Assembly (NCBI GenBank): GCA_951406725.2
Contig: OX597814.1
Location: forward strand, 84,878,001-84,942,000
Source of the DNA: Octopus vulgaris
Lineage: Eukaryota
Direction: 5' to 3'
Length of the DNA stretch: 64,000 nucleotides
Shown here: piece after piece, positions 12,891-26,753 of the stretch
Layout: every line of letters starts with the position of its first letter
How positions within the stretch are numbered: position 1 is the stretch's first letter
Notes under the pieces: model-generated
Databases searched by the model: none
The model's input: the letters and a program-made list of their open reading frames with translations, nothing else
What the model was told of the DNA's origin: nothing
Made by a program: the position numbers and the translations under genes

Positions 12891-12900
12891 ATATATATAT

Positions 12901-13260
12901 ACTGAGAATGTGTGTCTGTCTGTGTGTTTCCCTAAAACTCGAGAACTACAGAACCAATTTAATTCAAATTTTACACATGCCTTACTTAGGGTCAGGGGAG
13001 TGTCATCGGCAAAATTTTAAAAACTTTTTGCCTAGGGCGAGCCCACAGCAATATCATACCTTCTTCACTATGATTCCCTAAAACTTGAGAACTACACAAC
13101 CAATTTCATTCAAATTTTACACATGCCTTACTTAGGGTCCATGTAGTTTCATGGGCAAAAAAAAAAAATGTTCAATTTCTTGCCTAGAGCGAGCCCATAG
13201 CAATATCATATCTTCTCTGCTATTTCAGTATTACGTGTTAAAAGTGAAAAAAAATCATTT
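12901..13260 (+). mobile_element. Non-autonomous Helitron-like fragment with an internal ~145-bp tandem duplication
   Basis: GTCTGTCTG tract followed by CCTAAAACT...CCAATTT...AAATTTTACACA, repeated at ~12931 and ~13077. Confidence 0.45.
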
Positions 13261-13399
13261 CTCTATTTTATGTCAGATACTTTCACTTTAACAATAAAAA
13301 TAATAATAACAATTGAATTACATGTAGTAAGTAATAATTAAAATCAAACTAAAGTATAATATAATCGTAACATAAAAAAAAAGTAAAAATAGCAATTGG

Positions 13400-13740
13400 T
13401 ATAAAATTGCATCAAGAAGATTTGAACACATGGAGGAAAGCAACTTCGAAAAGTGTCTTGGTGTGACTATGAAAGATATCTAATCAGAGACGGTAAATTC
13501 GCCACAATAGAAGCAAGGTTCGAGTCAACGGAGCGTGCAAGGGAGTACTCGACTCGAACCTTGCAAAGTGGAAATATTTTATTTTTACCTTTATATCTGG
13601 GACGTAGGACGTCCCGGAAAAAGATTAAAAATGCCCCCCCCCCCGAAGTAGAGGTAGGCTGGATTGTAGCCACATTTCTATACAAGAGGGAGGACAAGAT
13701 ACAATTGATCGAAATTACAAGAGACGGGCTAACAATTCCA
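13400..13740 (+). pseudogene. Tx1-like LINE ORF1 fragment
   Basis: KFATIEARFESTERAREYSTRTLQ aligns with KYATVEARFESVEKAKEYSARTLQ in the 59066 element. Confidence 0.7.
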
Positions 13741-13877
13741 GTCTGTTATATATTTTGAGTATTGTTATCACTAGCGATATCAAGATATAACTTTGTATTT
13801 TGTATTTTATGTGTAGATGTATATATATATAGATGTACATGTAATATGTACACATATATATACACATATATACATGC

Positions 13878-13912
13878 ACTAGCACTATGACCCGGCAACG
13901 ACGGGTCTTTAA
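13878..13912 (-). mobile_element. Helitron-type 3' terminus
   Basis: Minus strand GACCCGTC-GTTG-CCGGGTC hairpin followed by ATAGTG-CTAG-T. Confidence 0.55.
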
Positions 13913-13930
13913 TATTAATATATATATATA

Positions 13931-15217
13931 GGGAGGGTTTACGAAAAACAAAAACAAAAGACGAAGACAGGTGGTGTACAAAACAAACAGATGTATTAGT
14001 ATAACGCTCAGGAATAGAAAAAGTCTTTTACGTTTCGAGGCTATGCTCTTATACAGAAAGGGACACAGAAAACAAAGAGAGAAACAAGGAGAGAAAAAAA
14101 GTGTGTAGTGGCTAACGATCTATCATGGCGTCTGACTCGGACAGAAGGGTCACACATAAGAAGGAAAGTAGGGGAGATAACAAAGTAAAGATGACCCCCT
14201 CCCCAACACGAAGGTGCGTGTGTATAAGAGAGTATGTATGTGCGTGTGAAAGAGGGCTAGTGGTCTGGACGTGTGCGTGTATGTATGTGTAAGTGTGAAA
14301 ATGTGGGGATGGGTGTGTGGGTGGTGTGTTGTGATGTGATGTGTAATGTTGTGTGGTGTAGTGTGGTGCGATGTTGTTGGGAGGTGGGGGAGGCGAGAGT
14401 GGGGAAAGCACGGGTGGAGTATGGGTTCGGCTGAGGGTTGGGGTAGAGTTGGGGTTTGTGGGTAGGCAGAGGGTGGGGGTAGAGGTGGGGAATGTGTGTG
14501 ATTAGGATGGGGGGATGGGAAGGATAGGAAAGGTGGAGTAGGGATGTGTAGGGGTGGGTGGGCTTATGGGGGAGGGGACGGTAGGTAAGTGAGGAGAGAG
14601 AGGAGGAGAGAAGAGAGAAAGAGAGAAGAGAGAAAGAGAGGGTGAAAGAGTAGGAGAGAAGAGAGAAAGAGAATAAGAGAGGAGAGAGAAAGAGGGAAGA
14701 GAGAAAGAGAGTAGGAGAGAAAGAGAGTAGGAGAGAAAGAGAGTAGGAGAGAAAGAGAGAAGAGAGAAAGAGAGTAAGAGGGAAGAGAGAAAGAGGGGAC
14801 AGAAAGAGAGTAGGAGAGAAGAGAGAAAGAGAGAAGAGGGAAAGAGAGTAGGGGTGCAAAGATGTAGGAGTGAAGAGAAGTAGGAGTCGGGGAGGAAATT
14901 AGATGAAGAGGGGAGGAGAGTTGAGCCCAAATGGCGTAAAAGAGCGAAGAGAGAAGATTAATCCCTGTTCACGGTGCAAATGGGAGTCCAGATGGCCTCT
15001 GTGCAAGGACAATCCATACACAGACAGGTGTTGCAAGGAGTGATCAGTGGGGCGGAAATGGCGTGAGACTGGGGTGCCATTGCCGAGGCGGATGTCTTAG
15101 AGGTGTTCCGCGAACTGGTCAGCCAAGCGGCGTCCCGTTTGTCCGATGTACAGGGAATGGCAGAGAGAGCAGGAGATGCAATAAATGATATTGCTGGAGG
15201 TGCAGGTGAAGGAGTCG
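13931..15217 (-). mobile_element. Penelope-like element 3' end, Neptune-type (GIY-YIG, pyrimidine-rich UTR, pLTR)
   Basis: DSFTCTSSNIIYCISCSLCHSLYIGQTGRRLADQFAEHL*DI...PVSRHF...REQGLIFSL...PFGLN (~14922-15217); decayed minimal hammerhead at 14025-14060. Truncated copies of the same end at ~30121-30185, ~32885-33060 and ~42215-42375. Confidence 0.8.
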
Positions 15218-15626
15218 ATATATATATATATATATGCAGCACAGAATTTTGTCAGTGAACAGGTTGTGGTTTCAAAGTGACGAAAATATTTTGACAAATT
15301 AAATTTGAATGTTGAAGTGAATATAATGGTTTTCGTGTGTTTTTAAATGGCCTATAAACAACTTCCATGCTGCAATTATTTTTGTTTCAGCACACGATCA
15401 CAGATCAAGTCACTTGCTATGCAAGTACATCTCCGTAATATATGTATGTGTGTGTGTGTGTGTGTGTGTGTATTATGCATAGACCAAAACAGTCTGAATC
15501 TCAGAATACTAAAAACTAGCCACGCGCTTGAAAGTCAGAATACCAAGGATTCTGAATGAAACTGATTCGATCTATACATGTAACTCCCAATAAATGTGTT
15601 GAGTGCCCTTCGTTTGCCTATTCACT

Positions 15627-15664
<38 letters not shown>

Positions 15665-15690
15665 TACATACACATACATACATATAGAGT

Positions 15691-15724
<34 letters not shown>

Positions 15725-16719
15725 GAGAGGAGGAAGATAAAAAGAGAGTATGTGTGAGTGAATGAACGCAAGTATCCTCTGCTTCTGTGTAATGTTTAAG
15801 TAACAATTTCGAACAACAGTTGATATTGAAGATCGCCTAAGTTAACCAATGACTGTGTTCATTCGCTGTTCTACTGTCTGCTCTTTCTATGTGGTTCTTA
15901 GAACGATACTTGTTTGTAAGCGTCATAACAATTCCGAACGGACACATCTGTGTTGACGTTATCATTCGAAAGCTTGACTATCGTTTACTATACCATTGTT
16001 CAGAGTTTCCATCTTCGCTGTTTGCTTAGTATACAATGCCACACACTTCATAAATCTCCTTCATATCTGCTCCACCCCATACCATAAGGCCTTACCTATT
16101 GTATACATACCTGGCAAATGCCAAAATACCCCTGGTCGCTTCAAACCAACGAGGCTATGGTCCTGACAATGTCCATTCCTTTGCCCATAATCATTACCCT
16201 TTAGTGCTATTTTGCCTATATCACCAAACGCTTCGATCTCTTCCACCGCACAGAGAAATACCTTGATCTTCAGATACAGCACAGGGTGTCCCATTTCCCC
16301 CAACAGGCAACTCATTTGGCTCTACCTACTATCATCCTAGAGCACTCACTTCCACAAGCATAGCTAGAATGTGTGCTGCCTGGGGTGGCCTTTCACTTTG
16401 CTGCCCTGGGCCCTCACAGGAAGTACATATTGCTAACAACAGACCCAAAAGTGGTGCCGTCCCCTCCAGCTACGCTAACGCTCACTTCCAATAGTTGAAA
16501 GATAATGAAGACAACCATTAACCCCGGCATTCCTCAACACCTTAAATCGTTTCTTTTTCTTATGGCTTGCATAATTGGATCCACTGGAAACTTACTCTCC
16601 TGTCACTATGTAGAATCTCCCACATAAAGCTTTTGCGTTAATCATTGTTGAAAATATATTTATTTTTTATTTACTTCATCTTTTATCTTTTACTTGTTTC
16701 AGTCATTAGACTGCGGGAG

Positions 16720-18634
16720 TTGTGTCCGCATCATCAAGGCTCAAGACGAAAGTCTTCCATACTGGACCTGCTGTCAGTGCCACTTCAGCTCCCACTCACT
16801 CCATGGAGACGCCTCACACTCCGACAATCAGCTCTCTACTGAGGACTTTGTTGCAGCCCTCCAAGGTTTATCTAAATCGAAGCTCATTAACCGGATCACT
16901 AAGGGAGCTCAGAATAGCATTGCTCGTATGCTCTCCAGTTTGTTGAAAAATATATGTTTATCCAACAATGCGTTCGATTGGCAGAAACTGTGGGCAGCAA
17001 ATTGGGATGTAAAGCTGCCGTCCACGCTACCAGAGCCTATGCCAACTTGCCCTCCTTGTCACCCAAGGTCATCCTCAAACTTGACTTTAAGAATGCTTTC
17101 AACTCCATCAGCTGCGATACTGTCTTCAGCTCAGTAAGAAAGAAGGTCCCACAACTTTACTACCTTGCATGGCAGGCTTATCGAGAACCCTCCTATCTCT
17201 CTTTCGGTGATCAAATCATCACATTCACCTCAGGAGTCCAACAGGGCGACCCACTCAGGCCCGCTCTGTTCGCACTGGGCATTGATGACATCACCAAGAT
17301 GGGTGTCAAGCTAGACCTCAACGTCTGGTATCTTGACGTTGCTCGTTTGCTGGGACCTCCAGACAGGGTTCTAGCCATTGCAAACATGATGGTTGGGGAG
17401 CTTGGTCGCCAGGGTCTCCAAGTAAACAGCTCCAAATGTGAGCTCTGGATCCTCAACCACCCAGCTTCTCAACATCAACCAACTATTGACCTTTTTGCAG
17501 AGTCCTTCCCTTCCATTGCAGTCCCTCCTCCATAGGCTTGGTGCTCTTTAGGTGCCCCAGTCACTGACCATGCCTTTGAGTCCATTTTCCAGTTGAAGGT
17601 GGCTGCCCTTGAGCAATTGCTGAAAAATATTAAAGCTATTGAACCCCATCAAGGTTTTTTCATACTTAGGAATTACCTCTTGATCCCTAAGCTTCTACAT
17701 TTACTCAGAGTCAGCTCATCTTACAGATTCCCCTGCTTCCTTTCCTCCACCCTAGTGAGCAACATCCTCTCCTCTCCAACATGGACCAGTTCCAACAGGG
17801 GTTTGGATGAAGCTCTCCAACACTGGAGGGAAATGGGCTTATCTGCTCCTGAAAAGGTGGAGGGCTGTCGTAGTTGGGACAACATAATTTCGAAGGCCAT
17901 CTTCGACTTCCTCTTCATCCAGTCGGACCAGTTTTCAAGGTGCCGCTTACTATCTTCTAGCGTCAAATACTCAGGTGGCTGGACTGATACTATCCCTGTG
18001 GTTAATGTTGGCGGAATACTCAGCTTGGACAAACTTCATGTCTCCATTGCCCCCGAGTGTGAGCTGACGTATGCACGGTTTGATCTGTCGTTGTGGCAGG
18101 CTCCTCGACTCCACAGGCCTCCATGGCCTTTCTTGTTACCTGAATGCTGGTCGCTTTGCGCATCATACAGAGTTGAACCTGATAGTCAAGAGGAGCTTGG
18201 CCCAAGCAAACATCCCCTCCATCTTGGAACCATCTGGATAGTCCAGATGTGATGGGAAGAGACCTGACGGCCTCACCCTGTGCCCCTGGTCGCAAGGCAG
18301 ATGCATTGTCTAGGATATCACAATTAGCAACTCCTTTGCTTCTTCTCACATCCTGGATGTTGCAGTCGGGGCAAGATCCACAGCTTCTGTGGCTGAGCGG
18401 AACAAAATCCTGAAATACTGTGATCTGTCGGTCAACTACACTTTCCATCCTGTGGCATTCAAGACGTTTGGTGGGGTCAGACCACTAACTGTGAGATTCC
18501 TGTCTTCACTGGCAACTTGCCTTGCGGAGGTAACTGATGAGGCTCATGAGAACGCTTGGCTGTTCCAGCGCATCAGCCTCGCCATCACCAGCGGCAACAC
18601 TGCAAGCGTGCTGGCGTGTCTCAATAGCCATTAG
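16720..18634 (+). mobile_element. CRE-like non-LTR retrotransposon (RT plus restriction-like endonuclease), internally deleted pseudogene
   Basis: GCKAAVHATR, KLDFKNAFNSI, GVQQGDPL, WYLDV; C-terminal DGKRPDGLTL, AERNKILKY, FHPVAFKTFG, LFQRISLAITSGN. Confidence 0.82.
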
Positions 18635-18814
18635 AGAAGTTTCTCAGAGCCCCCCAACTTTTCAACCCAAGGTGGTGTATTGTTTTGGTTTTTGCTTCTT
18701 TTTTCTTTTTAATTTTTCTATTTTGTTCTCTGTTTTGTCCAGTTTTCTAATTTAATTTTGTAAAACGGTAAACATTGTGAAGGTAATATAAAACAATAAA
18801 GGAGAAAATAAAAA

Positions 18815-18965
18815 ACCTGACATTTGGAAGACGCTAATATGTCTTATTCCAAAGAATGGCAATCCCTCTGATCTGGTCAACTACCGTCCTGTTGCACTAA
18901 TTTCTAAGTTATTTCTGAGGTGATGGAGGTAGCCATTAACAAAGACGTTCTCCAAAAGCTTGAGT
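18815..18965 (+). pseudogene. CR1/Jockey-group RT N-terminal fragment; a similar relic lies at ~16440-16635
   Basis: WKTLICLIPKNGNPSDLVNYRPVALIS. Confidence 0.65.
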
Positions 18966-19514
18966 TTCTATCTTTCTCCATGATTTTTATTAGAAAACCG
19001 GTTACCTGTAACCTAGAAACAAAAAGAACGCCAGACTACAGACGATTTTAAAGACAGGTTCAGACACTCCATCACAGTATTGTGGTCCCATAAATGACGA
19101 AAAGAAAATTTTAAAAATTCACAAGCAGAACAATTTTTTAAGGACGAATATAACTAATTTTCAGAAAAAAACCTTTAAAGTCCGAAACACAATAGTCACA
19201 GAAACGCCTTGGTTTTCGGAATAGTTTCGTTCTCAACATAAACAGTTTTGCCATGGCAACGGTTGACTCTTCTAGAGAACGCAGAAAATCAAGACTTTTA
19301 CCTTGATTTTCATTGAAATCAGCAATCTAGCGGCAGTAACTGAGAGCGCACATCTTACACTGAGTCCATTCCAGTACTCTAGTTAATCAGTTTGCGTAGG
19401 TGCGCTCGAACACACATTTCTAGTTTGCCTACAATTTTTTGCAATAGGCATTTCCTCCCCCTTGGCTGTTAGCTGCAGGGAGGCTTCCCTAAAAAACGAG
19501 TGATTTCTGACGGT

Positions 19515-19684
19515 TTTGATTGTTAGATTCGTTCAAAACACACCAAAAACCACAGGTAAAACAAAATGGGTTAATAGTAAAAATTTACTGTGCAATCTTT
19601 TTGATTGTTATATTCGTTCAAAACACACCAAAAACCACAGGTAAAACAAAATGGGTTAATAGTAAAAATTTACTGTGCAATCTT
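19515..19684 (+). repeat. Tandem duplication of ~85 bp
   Basis: TTGATTGTTA(G/T)ATTCGTTCAAAACACACC...TACTGTGCAATCTT twice in tandem. Confidence 0.92.
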
Positions 19685-21254
19685 AGACCAGTAGTTATTT
19701 AATCCCAAATCCATTTTAATTGAGTTGACTCGTAATCAAAGGCATTTCAGCCACAAACATCCCGTCTTATATTGGGGCATAAATGTATTTAGTACTACTT
19801 TATCAAACCTATTCGCTCCCACTTATTTTAAGACAGAGTGTGATTTTGAGGAAGATTTGTTGAAAGATTACGTTGGCTACTCGTAAGATCAAGAACTTGA
19901 TTTGACCAACAGAAACATTAAATATTTAGCGCGAAGTACATATTAATTGAAGAATCTAAACCGTATCTCATGGTATCTTGTTAACTTTACCTAGCATGAG
20001 TTATTTCTCTTTATTTCTACCGAAATCATTACTTTTGTCTGTATACGCGGTAGTTTCCGCAGATGGGAACCAAAGCGTAGCCAAATCTAAAAGAATTTCG
20101 CTTCACAATCACGAGTTACAGGGTAAAATCTTGCGCGGTAGCCGTCAGCCTGATGGGGAAATGAGTACATGGAAACTCTGCTAAAAGCTGACTGCTGGAT
20201 TGTACTTGTAATTCAAAGGATACATTGTTTTACTGTAGCTCTTCCTCAGAATTATATTCCGAGTAAAGTACCTGGAATATGTAACAAGTTTCACTATAAT
20301 TCAATGAATATGTTGTTCCGAAACCCACGACAGAATCTAAAGCGAGATCCAACAAAGATATTGTTTGTTTATACTAAATACATACATTCATATAGATGCT
20401 CTCTAAAGAAGATAAAGAGAAGTAACTCAGACAGGAAAAGTTGCTATACTGTTATGGAATATGTAAACAAACGTATCTGAACCTTTGTTTATAAGGCATT
20501 TGTCCAAGCATTTAGATATTCTGAAAGGCGTAATATCAGCTTGGTCCGCCCCTTCTCAACTTTGTTTCCTCAAAACTTTCTGAAAATGCATATTTTTTAA
20601 AAGGAAATTTTGCGGAGATAGTTTACGAGAGAGTAATGTTGATACCACCACCCACCAAAAACAAAAGGTAGCAAAACAAAACAAAAAACGTTGAGTTTCG
20701 GATCATTTTTCAATCTTTCCCGACTTTGTTATCATCAGTTTCCGTTAGCACCCAGATTTATATGTTGAAACATCAATAAATATTTCGTAATCTAGTCTAC
20801 ATTGTCGAAAACGTATTTCTGCAAAATGTCATTTAAAAATAAGTATTTTTTTATAGGATTATGAGAAAACAAAGTTGGGGACTCCAATATAAACGTGATC
20901 CACGCGCTCGAAAAATATATCTCTGCAAAATTTTATTAAAAATTTTCGAAGTTAAACATAAACAATGTGAGAGATCGCTATATGGATCCCTTGTATGCTA
21001 AAAATAGACGTCTCATATTTTTTTATATATTGAAATAAAATTCACAGTCCTCGGACGTTTTTAGGTATGTTGACCACTAGTTGAAATTGATGTTATTTAA
21101 TAATAACATTAATTTCTACTCTTATTATTTTCAAAGTTACGCAGTAATAAAATCGGAGGCTTCAATATATATACTAAATTCTTTGAGTATAAGTAAATTT
21201 CTGTGGAACTGCGTTCGGAATCCGATTTCGGTTTTCAGTGGGATATATATTCTT

Positions 21255-21648
21255 TTCTACTCTAGGCACAAGGCCCGAAATTTTTGGAGCGGGGGCCAGT
21301 CGATCAGATCGACTCCAATGTGCAACTGGTACTTAATTTATCGACTCCGAAAGGATGAAAGGCAAAGTCGACCTCGGCGGAATTTGAACTCTGAACATAA
21401 AGACAGACGAAATACCTATTTCTTTACTGACCACAAGGGGCTACACACAGAGGGGACAAACAAGGACAGACAAACGGATTAAGTCGATTACATCGACCCC
21501 AGTGCGTAACTGGTACTTATTTAATCGACCCCGAAAGGATGAAAAGCAAAGTTGACCTCGGCGGAATTTGAACTCAGAACGTAGCGGTAGACGAAATACC
21601 GCAAAGCATTTCGCCCGGCGTGCTAACGTTTCTGCCAGCTCGCCGCCC
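21255..21648 (-). mobile_element. tRNA-derived SINE family A (Nin/Deu-domain-like), partially dimeric
   Basis: Minus strand GGCGGCGAGCTGGCAGAAACG (A box) ... GAGTTCAAATTCC (B box) ... TTTCATCCTTTCGGGGTCGAT. Relatives at ~495-600, 21990-22240, 30235-30680, 45070-45190, 46940-47140, 48870-49010, 56810-56930, 57600-57790 and 62660-62970. Confidence 0.85.
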
Positions 21649-23731
21649 TAGTGGGATTACGACGTTTATGCCTTTGCAGAAAGCATAAATGTCACAAAAA
21701 TCGTATTTCTCCCTCGTGACCAAAATACATGTTTGTATTGTGTATTTAAAAAAGTGGGTGGTAGGATTTTATCTGTCGCCTGGTTTAACACTATTACTTG
21801 GTCTTCGGGTGACTTTTAGAGGCGTTCATTCTGTTGCAAGCATTAGGGCTACGTCTGGTTTTAAGGATAAAACCCTGTCAGTCTCAAAGGCACCGTAAAA
21901 ATGAGTAAAAAAAAAATGTCATGGACTGCACATCTCTCCCTAACTATACGGTAAATAAAAAACAATTCCTTCTAATTTTATGTTTAAAATTTTAGCACAA
22001 GGCCGGCAATTTTTGTAGGGGATGGGGGCTAGTCGATTTTAATTATTTCTTTTTGCCCACAGGGGGCTAAACATAGAGTGGACAAACAAGGATAAACAAA
22101 TGGATTAAGTCGATTACATCGACTCCAGTGCGTATTGACCTCGAAAGTAAGAAAGGCAATGTTGACCTCGGCGGAATTTGAACTCAAGACGTAAGGCTGG
22201 AAGAAATACTGCTAGGTATTTTGTCCGGCGTGCTCCGATAAATAAAAATAATAAAAGTAACAAAAGCGAGAAAAGGTAAACATACGGAGAAAATGGGAAG
22301 CGAATTGAAACTCGGACCGGAAATAAAAGGATTTTCCTCCCTTGCAACTGGTTTTGTTTTTATTTTAGTAAAACTGTGAGAGAGAAACCGTATCAGAATC
22401 AAGGGGAAAAGGATGAGGGAAACAATATGAGGAAGAAAGTAAGAAAAAGAAACGGGGGAGGGGGAAGAGTAAAAGAAAAGAAAATGCAATAGGAAGAATT
22501 TAATTTAATGAGAGAAGTACGATGCAAGAGTAGTGGTTTCTAGTAGAAAAAGTAAGGTTAACAACAGAAGGTCAAGATTTAACTTCCTTTCTCTTTCTTT
22601 TTTTGTCTCGTCTTCCTCTCTACGTTTCACTTATTTTTCTCTCCATCGACATTTATACATATATTTCCAATTCTATTCTTTTTCGCCATCGATTTACCTA
22701 TCACATTTTAGACTGCTCTTTTTTTTCTCCTATTTTCTCCTCTACATCTCTGTCTCTCGTGGTGTCTCAGTCCTTCACTCAGCGTCCTTCTGCCTTCACT
22801 CATACTCATCGTTTTCATTATTATTTCTGTCTACATCTCTCTATCTCTTTCTCTCTTTACTGCACCTCCAGCTTTGTTCTCTTTCTTTTCATTTTAATTC
22901 CTTTCAGTTTTCCCCTTCAAACATACTCACGCTCACTTATTCTATCTACATATCTTATTCTTTTCTTCCTTACCTCTTCTCACTCTTTCGTTTCTCACTT
23001 ATCACCTCACACTCCCCCTTTGTATTCTCTCTCTTGTTTCCTTATACACACTCTCTCCATTCCTCCTCCCTCCCTTATTTTTAAAGCTTTCATCTCATCC
23101 TATTTCTCTCGATCATTCTGCTACTTTTACCTTTTTCCTTCCCGTCACCCCATTCTCTCTCTCTCAATCCTACATAGCAGCAGCAGCATCTCCTAATGCT
23201 GCAACACTCCAGACTACCCCTCTCATTAAACGTTATTGCTGTCCTCTTACTGACGGAGCGGCGGTAGCAGTTATAATAATAATAAAAATATTTCACTGCT
23301 GCTTCCTTCGCATTTTTTCTCGATTTTCTACGAGCTTTACCCCCCTCTGAAGCTCGAAGCCTTCGCGGATACATTAAAAATATTACACTCTCACCGCTAT
23401 CTTCATCTATATATATTTATACAGACACCGGATAAATTGCCTTTAACCATTTCTTTTTCAATGAAGACAATCCTGAACATGACCTCTGCCTAAAAGGTAG
23501 GCAATTCCCTCTATTTCTTTGTCCTTGAAGGAGCAACATTTTAATGCCGACTTAAATAATGGTCGTCTTAGTTGCAGAAGATACTTGCTTTAAAAAATAT
23601 GGTTGCATTCTATATCGTTTTTTGTAATCTACTTATCTGTATGTCTATCAATTTATCAATGTATAAGCTCAATATGTTTCTTACATATCTACCAAACTAT
23701 ATAAGTGGCTATTTGTCAGTCACCGTCGGAC

Positions 23732-23768
<37 letters not shown>

Positions 23769-23827
23769 CCCATCTATCTATCTATCTATCTATCTTGTAT
23801 AGATATATGTGAATTGATCGTTTCAGC

Positions 23828-23895
<68 letters not shown>

Positions 23896-23926
23896 GTATA
23901 GATATATGTGAATTGATCGTTTCAGC

Positions 23927-23979
<53 letters not shown>

Positions 23980-24010
23980 ATATCTATCTGTTTATCTGTC
24001 TGTCTGTCTG
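23732..24010 (+). repeat. (TCTA)n compound microsatellite with a duplicated ~40-bp spacer
   Basis: TCTTGTATAGATATATGTGAATTGATCGTTTCAGCTCTA twice between TCTA runs. Confidence 0.9.
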
Positions 24011-24088
24011 TCCAGATAGATAGATAGATCCAAGTATGTCTGCGTAGATCAATCAATCAATCAATGCAAGTCCATGTACCTGTATCTA

Positions 24089-24165
<77 letters not shown>

Positions 24166-24494
24166 TGTATATGTATCCATCTTCATTCGATCTATCAATG
24201 TATTCTTATCTCATACACTCTGTTTGACTTTCTCGCTCTCTCTCTCTCTCTCTCTGTCTATCTATCTATTTATCTATCTACAATTTACATTAGAACTGTA
24301 GCTACATGTTTACATTTTAAAACGAAGTTAAACATGCTATTACAAAGAATAGGTATATCAGAGAAAATAGAAATAGAAATGTGAAAATAGGTCTCTGAAA
24401 ATGTAAACAAATTATATGTATATATGAGAGTACGTGTATGTATGAATATATATGTGCATATCTGTTTCTGTCTTTTTATGTATGTGTAACTATG

Positions 24495-24567
<73 letters not shown>

Positions 24568-24733
24568 GTATATGTATGTGTGTGTCTGCTTATCTATCTC
24601 TGTCTCTTTATGTATGTGTATTTATGTACATATATATGCTTCAATATCTATGTGAATTTCTCTGTCTGTTGGCACTGATCAAAGCGCCAGTGTACGAAAC
24701 TTTCGACCCTTGAGTCACTAATTCTACGGTTAA

Positions 24734-24784
<51 letters not shown>

Positions 24785-24884
24785 GTGTGTATACAAATGT
24801 ATATATGCATGTATGTTCATAAATGTATATCCGCGTGTAAGCAATATAAATGTATATACATTTATGCCTACATATCTCTGTGTA

Positions 24885-24933
<49 letters not shown>

Positions 24934-25276
24934 CTATAAATATGAAAATATGTGTATGTACAATATATGTGCAAATGTGTGTATATATATGTATGTATGT
25001 ATCTATAAATATGAAAATATGTGTATGTACAATATATGTGCAAATGTGTGTATATATATGTGTGTGTATGTATATATCTATGTAAATATGTATGTGCATA
25101 TTTATATATGTAAATATATATGTATAATAATAATTTCGTTTGGTTATAATTCTGGAGTTTATCCTATTAAGCTCATCTATGGGTATTGGCTATCAGACAA
25201 GACAGTTAAGTGAAGACTGATTTATCAAACAAATGTATGAAAATCCATAAAATATATATAGATGTTTTATAATTGT

Positions 25277-25663
25277 AAACAAGAAGAATGGAGTGAGGAA
25301 GTATTTTTAATGCATCAATTTACAGTTGTTTCATCTGCATTCAGTCCCATCTGTCTTGCTGTAGTATGCAATAATACATGCAACTATTGATTACTGTCCA
25401 AGTGGCATTGAAATTACACATGTCGAATCACACTCATCAAAATTACACACAAAAATCATTTGCAAATTATAATAACAATTTATTTTTTCATATGTAATTC
25501 TAATGAGTCTTATTTGACATGTGTCATTTCAATGCCACTTGGACAGTAATCAATAGTTGCAAGCATTGTTGTATAATGTGGCAAGATTGATGCGTTCAAG
25601 TTAAGATGAACCAATTGTAAACTGATGTATTAAAAAGATTTAATCACCCCATTCTTCATGTTT
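25277..25663. repeat. Imperfect ~390-bp palindrome made of two decayed hammerhead-bearing arms
   Basis: TGCAACTATTGATTACTGTCCAAGTGGCATTGAAAT is matched by ATTTCAATGCCACTTGGACAGTAATCAATAGTTGCA; the flanks also pair. Confidence 0.85.
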
Positions 25664-25750
25664 CCGATTATGTAGATATGTGTGTGTGTATACATGTGTA
25701 AATATGTATGTATATGCATGTATACATGTGTATATATGTATATATATGTA

Positions 25751-25795
<45 letters not shown>

Positions 25796-25834
25796 GTATA
25801 TATGTGTATATGTATGTATATATATGTGTGTGTA

Positions 25835-26673
25835 AGACTATTGAGTTCATGCGTAAGCTTGCAAGAAATGAAGCTAGTATGCTCTGCTGGATGTGTAATG
25901 TCAGTGTGCATACATAGCAGTGTAAGCACCCTGAGAGAAAAGTTGGACATAAGAAGCATCAGATGTGGTGTGCAAGAGAAATGACTGCACTGGTATGGTC
26001 ATGTGTTGCGTATGGATGAGGACAGCTGTGTGAAAAATTGTCACACCCTATCAGTAGAGTGAACCTGTGGAAGAGGTAGACCCAAGAAGACCTAAGATGT
26101 GGTGGTGAAGCATGACCTTCGAATGGAGGCAATGACAAGTGACTGAGACCTTTGGAGATATGATGTGCTTGAGAAGACCCAGCAAGCCGAGTGAGACTAA
26201 CCGTGGCCTATGCCAGTGTAGCATAACTGGCCCATTTAACAGTACTCTTCAATCATAGGGCAATAAACTGTGCTCGAGAAGACCTGTTAAGTAAAATCAT
26301 TGTTGTGGCCAATGCCAGTACTGCCGGACTGGCACCTGTGCTGGTGGTACGTTTTGGCCGATGCCAGTCCCGCCTGATGGTCCTGTGCTGGTAGCATGTA
26401 AAAGGCATCATTCAAGCGTGGTTGTTGCCAGTGCTGCCAGACTGGCTCCCTTGACCGTGGCATGTAAAAAGCACCATTCAAGCGTGGTTGTTGCCAGTAC
26501 TGGCCCTAGTGACGGTGGCTTGTAAAAAGCACTCACTACTCTCTCGGAGTGGTTGGTGTTAGGAAGGTTGTCTAGCTGTAGAAACCTTACCAGATATCAG
26601 ATTGGAGCCTAGTCCTCAGTCAAACCGTCCAAACGATGCCATCATGAAAAGCAGACGTTAAGCGATGATGATG
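25835..26673 (+). mobile_element. RTE LINE 3' fragment with 3' UTR and (GAT)n tail
   Basis: [18 protein letters not shown]...[13 protein letters not shown]...GRGRPKKT; near match to ~35740-36400. Confidence 0.85.
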
Positions 26674-26702
26674 ATATGTATGTGTATATACATGTATTCA
26701 TA

Positions 26703-26753
<51 letters not shown>

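Noticed and set aside
14257-14930. Leu/Ser/Phe-rich ORFs (also 22533-23196 and 44734-46224)
   Set aside because: Translations of GA/CT low-complexity tracts.
19515-19684. CRISPR-like array (also considered for 59844-60125)
   Set aside because: Simple tandem duplications without unique spacers, eukaryotic context, no cas genes.
19978-20480. Host exon in the short ORFs here
   Set aside because: No recognisable protein similarity or consistent splice and frame support on either strand.
21560-21648. tRNA gene
   Set aside because: A/B boxes are present but there is no cloverleaf; it is a multicopy SINE head.
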